A DNA stretch of 63,971 nucleotides, filler included, from Blastocystis sp. subtype 4 (GCF_000743755.1; 3 parts of 3 records of this genome joined end to end with filler, not necessarily neighbours in it), one strand, 5' to 3'. Numbered from the whole stretch's first letter, positions 13,201 through 26,671 are shown. Numbers and translations are program-made. The notes: generated from the sequence alone by a model not told the origin.

Positions 13201-16200
13201 CATTCTCTCGAAGGATATTTCCGTTGGCATCTCGAAGAAGACATAAAACGATGCAAATGCTCCCAACAGTATCACAGGATGAGAAAGAACAGCGAGTCTG
13301 ATTCGGAGAGAGATATCCTTGCCGAAGCATAAGAGTTCGTGTCTCCATGATTACTGAGTTCAAGGAGACAGTCAATTGATATTCTCCTAGTCGAGGCGGC
13401 TGTAACTGCGACATCCGATCATAGGAGACTCGATAAATGACTCGATAAGGAGCTAGGGATACGATGTCCATCAAGTTACTACGAATGGTACTATGATAAC
13501 GATCATCAAGCTACAATCACAAGAGAAAGAGAAACCTACTAAGTATTGGAAGGAGACAGTAATTGGATTCATAACAGAAGAGCCTTGAATGAGGTTGGTG
13601 AATGACAAAACATACTCAATCAGAAACGAAGTTGGCACCAAATTGTGTGTTCCAATAATACCACATAATAATGGTATGGAAGAAAGAGTCACTGCTTCAG
13701 TATCATTCCTGATTCTATCGATATTGATGCCACACATATCTTCCTCGTTATAGATGAGAATCGCATCTTGTTGATACCCCAGAACCAGTAAGTCCATTTC
13801 AGGAGAAAAGCGCTGAGCGTTGTAACGAAGAGTTATCTTGTACGATCCAGGTGTTGTGAGTAAGAGAAAGGCGATGTATGAATCATCCTTCATTCGAACA
13901 ATCTCCAGTCGATCTGGAGAGACAAGTCGATTCTCTCGAAGAATGATTGTAGTTAGAAGAGTCATATCGATCATGGAATTATTGTACATGTCTCTTAACA
14001 TCATTTTGATGGCAATTTCCTGACCGCTGACAATTAGAGTTTCATGTGTGTGAATGAATGATTCGGTTGTGAATCCAATGCCTTTGTCTTGTAATCCCAT
14101 GCGAGTTTCCTCTGTAATGGTCTCATGAGTGATGACTGTTGGTTTAGACGATTCAATTCGCTGGACGGAACTGTAAGTGGAAGAGAAGGAGGCAGGAGTG
14201 AAAGTGATATTCAGATTGGCTCCTTCATCAGGATAAAAAGTATTGGAGAGACTGATGAAGAGAGTACAAACAGAAGTCACCATCATGGATATTCGAATCT
14301 GAGGTGTTTTCACAACGGTATTTGTAGGAGGGATCATGATTTCAGTGGGAGAGGAAGTGGCAGGAGAGGTAGAGGAGACAGCAGGAGGGAGCATAGTGAT
14401 GGGGTATTCACTCTCAAATGACACACTCACCATCAGACATGGCATAAGATACTCAGGATCCACAGGATTATCGAATTTGTCATACGGAGTCAGTTCAATC
14501 TGAAGGAGTGATTCAGTTGATAGAGTGGAAGGGAAATGAATGTCAGAGTGGATCCAATCGAGAGGTCCTGCAACTAGAAATACCGAACCGAAGGGCATAG
14601 TAACAGCAACTTGTTCTGTTCGTAGAACCATTGTGAGTGTGACACTGAGAGAGGATCCATTGAGTATTGTAAGAGAGAACGAGAAGCGAATATAATTCTC
14701 GTAATATTCTGCTGGGGCAAGAAGTAGTGTTGTCTTGTTCCAATACACACACAATGTAGCATTCTCTACATCTCTATTCATTAACGAATGCTCCATTCAC
14801 TACATGTAATTCGAGAACCTGTCTCGTTTTCTGGCATATACGACCAATTCTTCACCTGCTCTACCTCCAATCAAACCAGAACCCCAGAAGTCCCATTGAA
14901 TATTATCGGTGTTGGGTTGAATAACAACGAGCAGCATCCCCTCAATAATGTGTCCCCTTAGAATAATTGTGAAGTTGTAGTTTCCAGCAATAGGAATGAA
15001 GGGTGTGAGCCTGATAACATATGGACTCATTCTTTCCAAATACCAGTTGGCCTCAGTAGTTCCATCCTTGCTTAGCAGAGCCAGATTATCGATAGTAACG
15101 TCAGGGCTATCGACACTAACTGTCATGACAATACCTTGAGGAGCCATTAGTACTGCTTCCTGACGTGTGCTGACCGCGGGGAATGCATGGAGATTGGAGC
15201 TGAAAATGAGGAAATGAGAGAGAAACGTACAGAGAGAAGGATGGTGTGGGTCGTGTGTCTAGCACCACTGTGTGACTTGTGAGAAGTCTTTCGTCCCTCA
15301 ATACCTCGATGACTTGCGATCCACTGTTTTGTGTGAAGTTGTATGTGAGAATGATCCTTCTCTGCTGAAAATCTCGTGTTGTTATGGAGTCATTGCACAG
15401 AAGAAGTCCTGTTTCAGTGTCCCTCACACGTACTCGGAAGTTACCGTTGTCCTTCTGACAGGGTAGAAGATCACCCATGGAGGAACGCAGTTGGACAACA
15501 ATTTCTCCTCCGTACAAATTCCTTTCAATAACCAGAGGTTGTGGAGCCACAAGGCCTGTTCCAAACACATCATATGACTGAACTACTCCTCCAGAATAGA
15601 AGATCGAGGTATCCCAGATCTTATCAACATGATTCAGTGTACTTCGAATGTAGGCAGTAATATTGGTTGTTCCATAGTACCATAATTCAAATTCGGCATC
15701 CAGAGCCTCATGAACTTCCATAGGTCGAATCTCCATACTTCGATTCCCAGGATATTCAATTAGAAGATATCCAACATAATTATTTGGAGGAATGATCGTA
15801 TCATTCATATCACGTAGTGTCAGGGACACATGATACTGATTATGATCCTCGAAGACTTGATGTGTGAGTGATACTAATGTGTGTGATGGTCTACGTAATA
15901 GTAGGTTAGATGACCTACACTAGAACTAACGTATGATCTGTCGGAATTTGCTTACTGAAGGAGTGTGTCATTTCATCCGTCTCACTTCTACAAATCACCT
16001 CTATAGACACGGAGGAGATGGGATCAGTGAACGATTGATCCAGTAGGTTGAACAGAATGACTTCCTCATTGAAGACGGGTGTGAGCATTGGAGAGAGAGA
16101 GGATGAGACACTCAATCGATTCAGAACTGCAATTTGATTCCGATAGGACTGATTGAACTGATCTCGAAGATACACAGAAAGGTGGTTGTTCTGTCCAATG

Positions 16201-19200
16201 TGAAGAACTGTTGGCCAGTGAAGTGAAGGAGAGAGACAAGTGAGAATCCAAGGATATGTCAATATGAAGGAAGGAACAGTCCAGCAAGGCATGTTGAATC
16301 GTTACTTCCCTGGTTAGTCGCAATACGAAAGCTTCATTGTCTCGTAAGATGGATGCTGAGGGAGCAATACTAGAAGAGACTTCAACATACCTGAGAGGTT
16401 CAGTTGATGAACTCACTGTCTCACCAATCAGAGCCCGAATTAGAAAGTGACCTTCCGTTCTGATACGGAGTGAACAAATGAAGACTTCTTGTGATACTGC
16501 AGATGTGACATTGCGAAGAATACACCAATACGAGTAATCTGTATAGGAGTGCACTTGATTATCACTATCCAGCATCACTACACGGATGGCAATAGCATGA
16601 TTAGAAGCTTTAATAGGAATGGAATTGGAACCAAAGAGAGTGATTTGGAACTAGATATGAACCAACTTCAAATTATGAACTTCGAATGGAACCATGCTAA
16701 CAAGAAAGTCAATATCACTGATGAAAGTGAAGGAGGAAAGATCGGACGGTTGTGAAGCTACAACACAAACTGTAAAGGGAGAAGGAAGTGGAATATCATT
16801 AACGTAGATTGAAAACGTGTAGATTTCAGTATGATTGAGATAGAGAAGGAAATGATAAGAATGAGGTGAGATCTGACTTGTGTCATTTGTGATATAGAGA
16901 AATTCATTTGGCACGAAATAAATAACGAACAAGGAACTGGGATCCACAAGGTTGTTATACTCATCACGAAGCTGGATAGTGAAGGAGAGACTGGTACCAG
17001 CAAGAAGAGTATCTGTGAGACCTGTCACAACAGTATTTGCAATAGCCACCTGAGATGGAATGATTTGAATGCAACCCAAACAAGGCATTCCTAACAAAGG
17101 AACACCATCATACAGAAGTATAAGATCATAGGTATCAGCTACAGTAGTATTCACACACACATGGAATGATCCAAGTAGCTGAGTTGGATCAATCGAAATG
17201 TTACAATAAGTGAAGTGAGTATGATTTGTATTCTGCCCTCTTACTTGAATATCCACATGTTGGTAGAAGAGTCCCGCGGGAATCACAGTTTGGATAGAAG
17301 ATATGAACGAGACATCGAAATGAAAGGATTCTCCTGCTTGCGAAACCTGTTGGTAGAGATACGAAGGAGTGATTCGGAAGTGCGCAGCGACAGGAAGGAA
17401 GGATTCAATTGAGATGGCACTCACTTGAAGAGAGAACTAGAAATAATAAGGAGTTTCAGCATGTACAGTGGCTTCTGAGATGAATATGGCCCGATCCACA
17501 ACAGGCAGATTGGTAAGTGGGATCCATGGGTCCAATACCATGACAGGAGAGGACAAGTCGTCAATATAAACCAAAATGATCTGATAGAGCGTATGAAACT
17601 CAACACGAATTGAATGAGGCTGTCCTTCGTAGAGAATATCAGGCAGAGTCACATCGTAAGTAGTATACTCATCACTGGTAGTCTCCAATAGAATCACTTG
17701 AACTCCTACACATGAGAGAAATGAGTTAAGAAGACGTTGTATCATGAACAATATAGCTATGCCTTCTGAAGCTCGAGTACAATGCTGACTTGAGGTAGAT
17801 GACGCGAGGACTGATGATGCATGTGTGAACAGGACACAGAGTCCCTCACCAATCTGAGAGCTGCCTAGAAATGAGATGAAAAAGAAAGAAGGACTCTGAA
17901 CACTGCCCATAAGAGTGAATGTAAGACGAAAGATGGGACTCGGATAGAGCGTAGTAAGGATTTGACTATCATAGTTCAACAGTGCTGTATCCTCACTCCA
18001 CAAGACACTAATCGACTCTGTGGTATTGGCACGAAGGGACTGATTGGTGTTCAAAAGGAACGAATAATCAACTGAGGAGACAAGAGATGATTCATAATGG
18101 AAGCGAGAATGTTCTGTGGCCTGTAACGAACAAGAACGTGAGGCTGTGAATACTGAGATAGTGAAATAGTTTTTCTGAAGCTCCTCCAGGAATGGGTCCA
18201 GTGTGACGTTTAGACTGTGATTCATACCTACTCTACAATGAAAGAATCCCTCTTTGCCTACCCCCATCCGTCTCCGATCAGTCGGTCTCCCAAATAAACC
18301 CAGAGGTTATCCGTCGATTCAACATACACCCAGTGTCCTCGCTCGATCGTGGCTGGATAGATCTCGCGAAAGGCTTGTGTGAACCAACACTGAATGCCCA
18401 GAGAGGCCTCGAGTAGTGTGGTGATCTCGTAAGACTCCGTCAGTGGATAGAAATAGTCCCTATAATTGACATTTATCTGGAGATCTACAGTTTGTATTGC
18501 TGACCTTGTAAACGAGGCATCCATTGAAATACAGTACGAGAATATTCACTTGAATGGAACCAGGATGAGAAAGACTGAAAGGGGTCCTGTTCAAGGAGAG
18601 GTGTTCCATCACCATCCATTCTGGAAGATGTTATACCTGACTCTTCCCGTGAGGATACTTGGAAATCATCAATCGGTGAATACACTTCACAAAGAGCAGA
18701 ACAATTATTGCAAGCAGTAGGATCGTAATAGACTCGATAATCCGATGATAGACGGTCATATCCCACGGTACTCGTAGGAACGCATGTACACGAAGTGGTG
18801 GATGGCAGAGAAGAACAAGACGCGGGTTTGGGCTGAAACTTACGGAAAACCGTGTGGATGAGTTGAACAGGCGAATAAGAAACAAAAAGACGGAGATTGT
18901 TAGTAATTGAAGGTTCCGTGCTCCCTGCAATGTAAGCTGTAGCTTGAATAGGATCTGAAGAGTAAATGTCTCCGAACAGAATGGCAGGAAACAATTCAGC
19001 TCGAGAATAATCTTTTGAAAAATAGTGATCCGAGTGATCTGCAAAGTAATTGAGATTTGTATCGACAGCAAGGTGATTATTGTAACAGGAGTATAAACCG
19101 TATCCTTGATTCGTAATTGCAATTGATGTACCCCTACAGATTAAAGAGAAGAAGAAAAGGAACTCATAACTGTAGCGTTCTGTTTCAACCACATAGTAGT

Positions 19201-19849
19201 GTCCCTGCTTGAGAGAATAACATGAAACAGCAGAATTTGTACTATCAGCAGAGATTTGATTGAGTAGTAGCTGTTTTAGAAAGGAGGGATCGCTGAACGT
19301 GATCTTCCAAAACCGATTGGAATCCCATACATTTTCATTTCGTATAAGAAGCATATTGACCGAGTCTGGAAGCTGGGATAGAGGAAACATGCCTAAACAT
19401 AACAAACCTTCACTATTCAAACCATTTAACAGCGAAGATGATAGCTGCAAAGGATCTACAGGAAAAAGATGAGGAATCCCATACTGGATGAAGACGACGG
19501 AAATCCGGATGCATGATTCAACCACTCTACATAGCTCTTTCTGTCTGTAATATCTGTAGAACTAGAGGTGGCGTAGAAGAGTTGCCAATTAATCGAGCCT
19601 TCTTTTAAACAAAACGTCTATAAAATTAGAAGAAGATGAAGTATGAACCTGAACTGCATTCTCACGAGAAGATCCAATCCAGAAGATCCCATTAGAGAGA
19701 GAAGATCCAGTTTCATAAATATCAAAACAACTTATCGCTGCTGAATCTGGTGACGATCCTAAGATGAAGAGAAAACTGCCAGGATTACCATAGGAGAGTG
19801 TTTGAATGCACCTAAACAGAAGAAGGATCAAAACAAGCTGTTGGAACAT
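7252..19849 (-). CDS. Giant type I membrane protein (about 3,900 aa): signal peptide, fibrinogen-like, fibro-slime/PA14, L-type lectin-like, filamin/Ig-like repeats, CxDGxC Cys-rich repeats, TM helix, coiled-coil tail
   Basis: Continuous series of minus-strand ORFs from 19849 to 7297, separated where checked by about 30-nt introns; MFQQLVLILLLFRCIQT signal; TM LYIAIPVFLICLAIIVYA; last intron 7297-7326, last exon NEIQSIQESLSSEL*; AACAAACA 7204-7211. Confidence 0.8.
8349..12560 (-). repeat. Protein-level tandem Cys-rich repeats (CP...P..C.DG.C......C) within the giant gene
   Basis: Dozens of CxDGxC/CxNGxC units in ORFs 10415-12673, 9062-10393 and 7297-8871. Confidence 0.85.
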
Positions 19850-19869
19850 GACAAAAGACCTCCTATGAA

Positions 19870-21562
19870 ATGGACTATGATATTGAGGACATTGAAATAA
19901 GTGAGGAGTCGAAGGTTGTAGATGTATCTCCCGAAGTTCAAATCGTGATCTTTGGTAAGGATGGTGATGTTGTAGAAGAATCGTCTCCAGAGTGCTAATG
20001 CAGCAGAAGTGGAAGTAGAGGAGAATTTAATTATTCCTGAGCAGCACAAGCTTTGGATTCTCACGTTTGGTTGTTCTCACAATTTTGCGGATGGAGAATA
20101 TATGAGAGTCAAGATTTGGAGTTTTAGAGTGATTTTTAGGGTCTTCTTTCGGATTATGGCTATCCATTTGTAGACGATCGGATGAATGCTGAATTATGGT
20201 CATTGTTGTTTGAAAGGAATGAATTTTAGGATTTTGAATAGTTGTACCGTTAAAGACCCCTCAGAGATGGCATTTCGCAACTATGTGACTGAAGCTCAAA
20301 ATAATGGAAAGAAGTTGGTTGTTGCAGGTTGTGTTCCCCAAGGTAGGCACTGAATTGGAATATAAGTGAAAGCGGATTCAACAGCCCAGTGGATTCGAGA
20401 CTTGTCGATTCTTGGCGTTAAACAAATTCACCGAATTCTAGAAGTGGTCGAAGAGACCTTAAAGGGAAACAAGATCCAGTTATTATCGCTCAAGGGTCTT
20501 CCACCTCTGGATTTGCCTAAGGTCCGTCGTGATCCATTCATCGAGATTGTTCCTATTAGTGAAGGGTGTTTGGGGCATTGCACCTATTGCAAGACTCGCT
20601 TTGCCCGTGGCAAACTGATGTCATATCCAATTGATTCAATTCGTTCCCGCATTCAAGAAGTGTGGCTAGATTATGATGTTGACATGTAGGCGAAACGAGA
20701 TGGTGTATACGAAATTTGGTTGACCAGTGAGGATACAGGTGCATACGGTATTGATAAGGGTCAGACTATTGTCGATCTGCTGAAAGTGGTGTCGGAATGT
20801 GTATCTGGTGATGGAGGTGATGGCAGTATGATTCGATTGGGAATGACGAATCCTCCGTACATCCTTCAACATTTAGATGCAATTGCGACATTTTTGCGAC
20901 AACCCAATGTATTCAGTTTTATCCACATTCCAGTCCAGTCCGGTAGTGATCATGTGTTGAAGGCTATGCAACGGCAGTATACGGTAGAAAACTTTGTCAC
21001 GATAGTTGATGCTTTGTTGGAAGCTGTTCCAGGTCTTACAATTGCTACGGATATCATTGTTGGGTTTGGTGAGGAGACAAAAGAGGATCATGAGGCTACC
21101 ATGCATTTGTTGCAGAAGTATGAGTTTGCAATTGTCAACATTTCCAAATTCTTCCCCCGGCCTGGTACTCCAGCAGCTCGAATGCCGCATGTTCCGTCGA
21201 CTGTGGTGAAGCCTCGTTCCACTGAACTGTCACTCTGGTTCAAATCAATCCGTCCATATGACCGGTTTCTTCGTACAATTCAGATGGTGTGGGTGGGTTC
21301 GGAGCGAAATGGGTCGCAGATGGTGGGACACACGAAGGCATATGTGAAGGTGTTGTTGCCTCTGGAGGAGGGTTTGCAGGGCACCCGAGTGCTTGTCCGC
21401 ATTGTGGAGACAAGTCGGTTCCATATTGTAGGTGAGGTGGTGGATCGTCATCCAGCACCTCTGGAAGGGTTCCTTTCTCCTGAAGAGATTGCAGAGAAAG
21501 TGGCAGAGGAGATGAGGAAGAGTGGCAGAGGAGATGAGGAAGGTGGAGAGAAGATGGAATGA
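19870..21562 (+). CDS. CDKAL1: tRNA t6A37 methylthiotransferase (CDKAL1/e-MtaB), radical SAM plus TRAM
   Basis: MDYDIEDIE N-terminus, FGCSHN..DGEYM, NSCTVK, GCLGHCTYCKT (CxxxCxxC), EIWLTSEDTGAYG, HIPVQSGSD, TDIIVGF, PRPGTPAA. Confidence 0.93.
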
Positions 21563-21685
21563 CGAGGATAAAAGAAGACACACAATTATTCCTTTTAGAG
21601 TGTATTTGTTGAACAAATATAGAGAGATAAGGAAATGAAGAGACAAGCTGTTTATGCTAAAACGAATGCATAACAAACACCATAA

Positions 21686-22534
21686 TCACTGTTTCTCAAG
21701 GACTGACTTCAGTGCTGATGCTACCGTAGCCCTACATATCATCATCTCAACCCTTCACACACGGTTTATACCAACTCAATACACCAGGCTTGGTATCCTT
21801 CTCCAATTTTGAAGCAAGGAGCTTCGACATAGCCGACGACACAGCTGGTGTGACCTCCACTTTGGGCTCCACTGGTTCCTCCTTCTTTGTTTCACTCTTC
21901 GCCTCGGACTTTGCCTCATCAGGATTCACCACAGTTGTTTCTAAAGGCGCCATTTCCTCCAATGCATAATCGCCATGTAGCAACTCTCGTTGCTTCAATA
22001 AAACCAAGGCACGACGACGAGCCTCTCCTGCAGCTCGCTCGCACTGCTTATGCACATTGTTGGGATCTTCTTCTTGTTTGACCGCTCCCACCTCCGGATT
22101 TGCCGGTTGAACAGACGGCTGTGCTGGAGGTTCTACTAATTAAACATACACAGAATAAACGACGAGATACTGGAGGTTGAGTGGATTTTGATTCACTACA
22201 TACTCAGATCACCTATTTAGGATTACCGATTTGATTGTCTGTGATGATGATGACTATGACTTCGACTACGACTTCGACTACGACTACGAGCTCGATTCCT
22301 TTCCTATTACCCATTTTCCTTTCCTACCGTCTTTCTTCCGCCTCTTTCTTCCTCTGAGCCCTACGAATGACTCTATTCCAACCTCATCCTACCGTTCAAA
22401 AATGCTAGTTCCTGAGAATTTGGATTTCTATTTATCATTCTTCTATGAACAAGACAAACACGAGGTTTTGTAGGACGATCATTTCCTCGATCATTTCGTC
22501 CATACTCGTTCAGTTCTCCTTCTTCATAATCCAT
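21686..22534 (-). CDS. Arg/Ser-rich (RS-repeat) nuclear protein
   Basis: MDYEEGEL...; RARSRSRSRSRSHSHHHH encoded at about 22240-22295; last exon ATVASALKSVLEKQ*; AACAAACA 21672-21679. Confidence 0.6.
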
Positions 22535-22628
22535 TGGATGAGTCTACATAATTAACATCGACACGCATAAAAGGTACGCTGAAAGAAACGGATTCTAAAC
22601 AACAGATCAATTATGCGATGTTACGGAA

Positions 22629-24283
22629 ATGGATTTATCTTTCTATGTGATACTATTCTTATCGCTGTCGATTTATTTTGCTACTATGTATAAGGTTTTG
22701 GTCTGAATCAACGTATAGCTTGTTTTCAACTCTTCATATTGATTGTGAAGTACTCTCTTTTCAATATTTTCCCGCTTCTATGCAAAATTATATCTCATCA
22801 ACAAAAAGGGTTGGATGGGATAATGTTGAGGAGATAAATAAGAACTGGACGACTCTACTAGATAAGAACAAACGAAGGATGGGTCAAACATATTCCATTT
22901 ATATCGGCAATCTTCCTCAGAATGAACGATCTGAAGACCCCCTCCAATACAAAAAGGATTGGAAAAAGAAATATGATGAGTTTGTAAAACAGCATTTGGC
23001 GGAGAATCAGTGGAGCGATCCTCTTTCTGTTCAGCAGGCTTTAAATGCGTTTAGTATACACATTTAATTTCATGACATAGATCGAATGATGAATATACCT
23101 CCTATGTCCGTAGTAATGGCAAAGAAGGTGGGTATACTTATATTTATGGAAAAAACATTTGCTATAATATTCAACGGCATCGTTATATCTTCCTTGTTAA
23201 GTCAGTACCTCATTATCCTTTCGATTCCAAAACTGCTTTCCGTTATGGATGGGACTTTTCCAGTATGAAGAAGCCTCGTTCTCTTACAAAAGCAGTCTGG
23301 ATCGAAGAGGAATCCTACATCACGCAACCTTTTACGATTCGTCATATCTATCATTTTGTGGAATCACTCAATTTCCTTTGGCTCAAACTACAGTACATTA
23401 ATGATTTTCCAGTCGTAGGCTTGATTTGTGGAATGTAAGGTAGATGCGTCGAATTTGGCTTCCCCTCTACAACCCAGCCTATGACTATGCTTGGGATAAT
23501 GCATACATTCAGCTCCTTCTTACAACCTTTGGCGAGGGATATGGACTACGAGTGATGGATGGTCCTTCTATGCAAAGGTTGGTTCACAACACAACTTTGC
23601 CTCTTATCTGTTTCCGACATGTACTCCTATTGGATCGATCATGCTATAACGGTGACGGAGGGTCGCTCTCTGGGTGGATGTCAGCAGATTTGTTCCGGGC
23701 TGCTGCCTACAAGTATTCCAATGTAACACTCTCCCAGCCAGAGCGTCATCATCCCTATCACTTCACTTTTCTTCAACGATCAGGCTACCGTCGCTTTGTC
23801 AGTCCTCATTTCATCCAGTTTCTGATTAAAAAGCACTTTGGTGATCAGTTGGATGTGTCGATTCATTACACCAACGGATCTTTTGCTGAACAAGTGACTC
23901 TCCTTGCGAACAGTGATATTGTATTGTCTCCTCATGGTGCTGGACAGACTAACATCGTGTTTATGCGTCCATTCACAGCCTTTATTGAGGCGTATCCTCC
24001 ATTCTTCTATGAAGAGACGTTTATGAATCTAGCCAACATTGTTCGTATCCAGTATTTCAGTATCACGACATACAATGAGACATACATTCCCAAAGGTGTT
24101 GGGAAAGGAGCAGGACAGCAGTTATATGAGCAGGGGAAATTATTAAGACGCCGACGGCGGTTTCTTCGGGCTTTGATTGATCCAGAGCCTTTCAATGTGC
24201 TTAGTGTTGTGGATAATGCAGTGGAGTGGCTTCATTCGTATCGATTTAAGCGAAGTGTGTATGAAAATCATTTGTTGTTTTAA
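22629..24283 (+). CDS. Glycosyltransferase family 61 (DUF563) protein
   Basis: SFAEQVTLLANSDIVLSPHGAGQTNIVFMRP signature, HIYHFVE motif, hydrophobic N-terminus; TGTTTGTT 24340-24347; start approximate. Confidence 0.85.
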
Positions 24284-24479
24284 CATTTTGCAAGTGTGTT
24301 GTGAGTTTGTTCTATCGATCTTATTGCTATTCATAGAGTTGTTTGTTGTTATCTCTAGTACATTTGTCAACAAAGGTTTATCTGGTTGTATCTTCATTTA
24401 TCCCTTATCGAACGTAATTTCCACTATACTATTCTCATAGCCACTTCAACAAACCACATTAATCACTTCAACAAACATT

Positions 24480-26018
24480 TCACGCATGTTCACTAGTCCA
24501 TCTACAATGATAATACTGTCCACGAGGCTGATCCACACGCTCAAAGGTATGAGAACCAAAGAAGTCCCTCTGAGCCTGAATCATATTTGTTGGAAGACGC
24601 TGTGATCGGAACGAATCGAAATACTCCAGACTAGATGCCAATGCCGGCACAGACACACCGGTTGCCACGGCCAAACCCACCACACGACGCCAAGCCTGTT
24701 GGCGTTTCACCAACTGCTCAGCAAAGTCAGGATCCAAGAGAAGATTGTCCAACGGAGTATCCTTGCTAAAGGCCTTCTTAATCTGATCTAAGATCTTTGC
24801 TCGAATGATACAACCTCCCTTCCAAATTCGAGCACACTCACCCAGATTAATACCCCAGTTGAACTTCTGAGAAGCCTTGTGAATAATCTCCAGACCCTGA
24901 GCATAGGCTACTAGCTTCGAGCAGTACAAGGCATCACGCAAGTCCGTCAACAGCTGTTCCCGATTCACTGAAGACCAATCAAACGAAGGACCCGCAATCT
25001 GAGAAGCAGCTCTCATTCGTAAATCCTTTTCATCAGAGATGTATCGTTCAAAGAGGGCAGCAGCGATTGTGGGGGCTGACACACCTCGCTCTGCTGCCTC
25101 TTTTACTGTCATCATTCCAGTTCCCTTGCTACCAGCCACATCCAAGATACGATCAATCAAATGACCCTCTCCAGCTGGCAAGCCAGCAATATCTGTATCC
25201 TTCTTTGCCAGAATCAAGGATGTAATCTCAATCAGATACGAACCAAGTTCACCCTGATTCCATTCATTGAAGATGTTACTCATCTCATCATTACTGAATC
25301 CTGCATTCAGTAGCATATTGTACACTTCAGCTATTAGTTCCATATCCCCATATTCGATTCCATTGTGAACCATCTTTACATAGTTGCCAGAACCTGCCCC
25401 TCCAATATAGGTCACACAAGCTTCATTATCCACTTGTGCAGCTACTTTGGTCAGAATATTCTCCAGAGCATCATAACACTCTTTACGACCTCCTGGCATC
25501 AGAGAAGGACCATGACGAGCACCAATTTCACCTCCTGAGACTCCCATTGATACAAAGTTGAATCCTTTTTCTTCCAAATAATGAGTACGACGAATACTTT
25601 CTTCGTACCATTCATTTCCACCATCAATAACAATATCACCACTCTAATCCTTATTCCATGAATCTATCCAAACTTCTAAGAAGGGAGTCAAACTGTCAAT
25701 AGTTTTATCTACAGCAGCTCCAGCAGTGACCAGAATGATGATCTTTCTGGGTTTGATCAACGACTCGCAGAACTCTTTAGGCTAACGATGATATATTCTT
25801 TCTTCACTTACGGAGGTAGAGGCAACAACCTTTTCCTCAAGATGCTCCTCCTTAGCTCGTTCCACACATTCATGGACCTATCTATCAATGGATATGTCAA
25901 CAACTACCTTTTCCGAAGAACGATTTGATACAGCCACATTGAATCCTTTGGATGCTATGTTCAAGGCAAGATTTCTGCCCATAACTCCGAGTCCATAAAC
26001 ACCAATATCACAAGACAT
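24480..26018 (-). CDS. gnd: 6-phosphogluconate dehydrogenase, decarboxylating
   Basis: [81 protein letters not shown]. Confidence 0.97.
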
Positions 26019-26410
26019 GTTAATATCAAAAAAGAAATGACGAAAACAGAAAGTCTGTCAACTTGTGACAGCAAATGATACGCTTGGATTCAATGGTTTT
26101 AATCCTATTTGTGGCGCAGAGATGCATAATAGATTGTATACTATGAAATACACTTATACTCGTTCCGAATTCCAGTCCAATGATGTCCTCAAGTCTGATG
26201 CATCCATACATTGTGACAATCGAAAGTTCATTCTTTGCATAGCTTAAACAAAATGGGAACCTTTGATTTTCCACATCTAGTGCCTATCAATGTGTAGTTA
26301 GGTGAAAGGAATGAATTCAATGATTGTAAATAAGAATGAATAGAGAAAAGAGTATGTGAATGTGTGATTTATTTCGCTGACAGCACTTGTTGGAATAACC
26401 ATGAAAGTGT

Positions 26411-26510
26411 NNNNNNNNNNNNNNNNNNNNNNNNNNNNNNNNNNNNNNNNNNNNTTAATTAATTAANNNNNNNNNNNNNNNNNNNNNNNNNNNNNNNNNN
26501 NNNNNNNNNN
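26411..26510. other. Scaffold gap with artificial TTAATTAATTAA six-frame-stop linker
   Basis: 44 N + ttaattaattaa + 44 N. Confidence 0.97.
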
Positions 26511-26597
26511 GAGGAAGAGGAAGAGAAGGAACAGGGAGTAGGTCAACTGTTCCCAGATGCTGTCTCGTTCTGCACCAATGACCACTGTCAGTTGTAA
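26511..26597 (+). CDS. 3' fragment of a gene cut by the gap; C-terminal Cys pair reminiscent of class II ribonucleotide reductase
   Basis: EEEEEKEQGVGQLFPDAVSFCTNDHCQL* (TAA 26595-26597). Confidence 0.4.
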   Translation, partial: EEEEEKEQGVGQLFPDAVSFCTNDHCQL

Positions 26598-26671
26598 TTG
26601 CTAATTATTGTAATAGTATATTGTGTATAGGATTGTTTTTTGGAGTCACGATTACTTTTGGGAGAATCAGT

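Noticed and set aside
22240..22295. GACTACGACTTC tandem repeat (DYDFDY ORF on +)
   Set aside because: It is the antisense of an RS-dipeptide coding tract; not a CRISPR array or satellite
26455..26466. TTAATTAATTAA palindrome, repeated at 52928-52939
   Set aside because: Centred in N-runs of identical length; an assembly linker, not biology. NOL10 start and RUVBL2 end flank the second gap, so the true gap is far longer than 100 bp or the contigs are not adjacent
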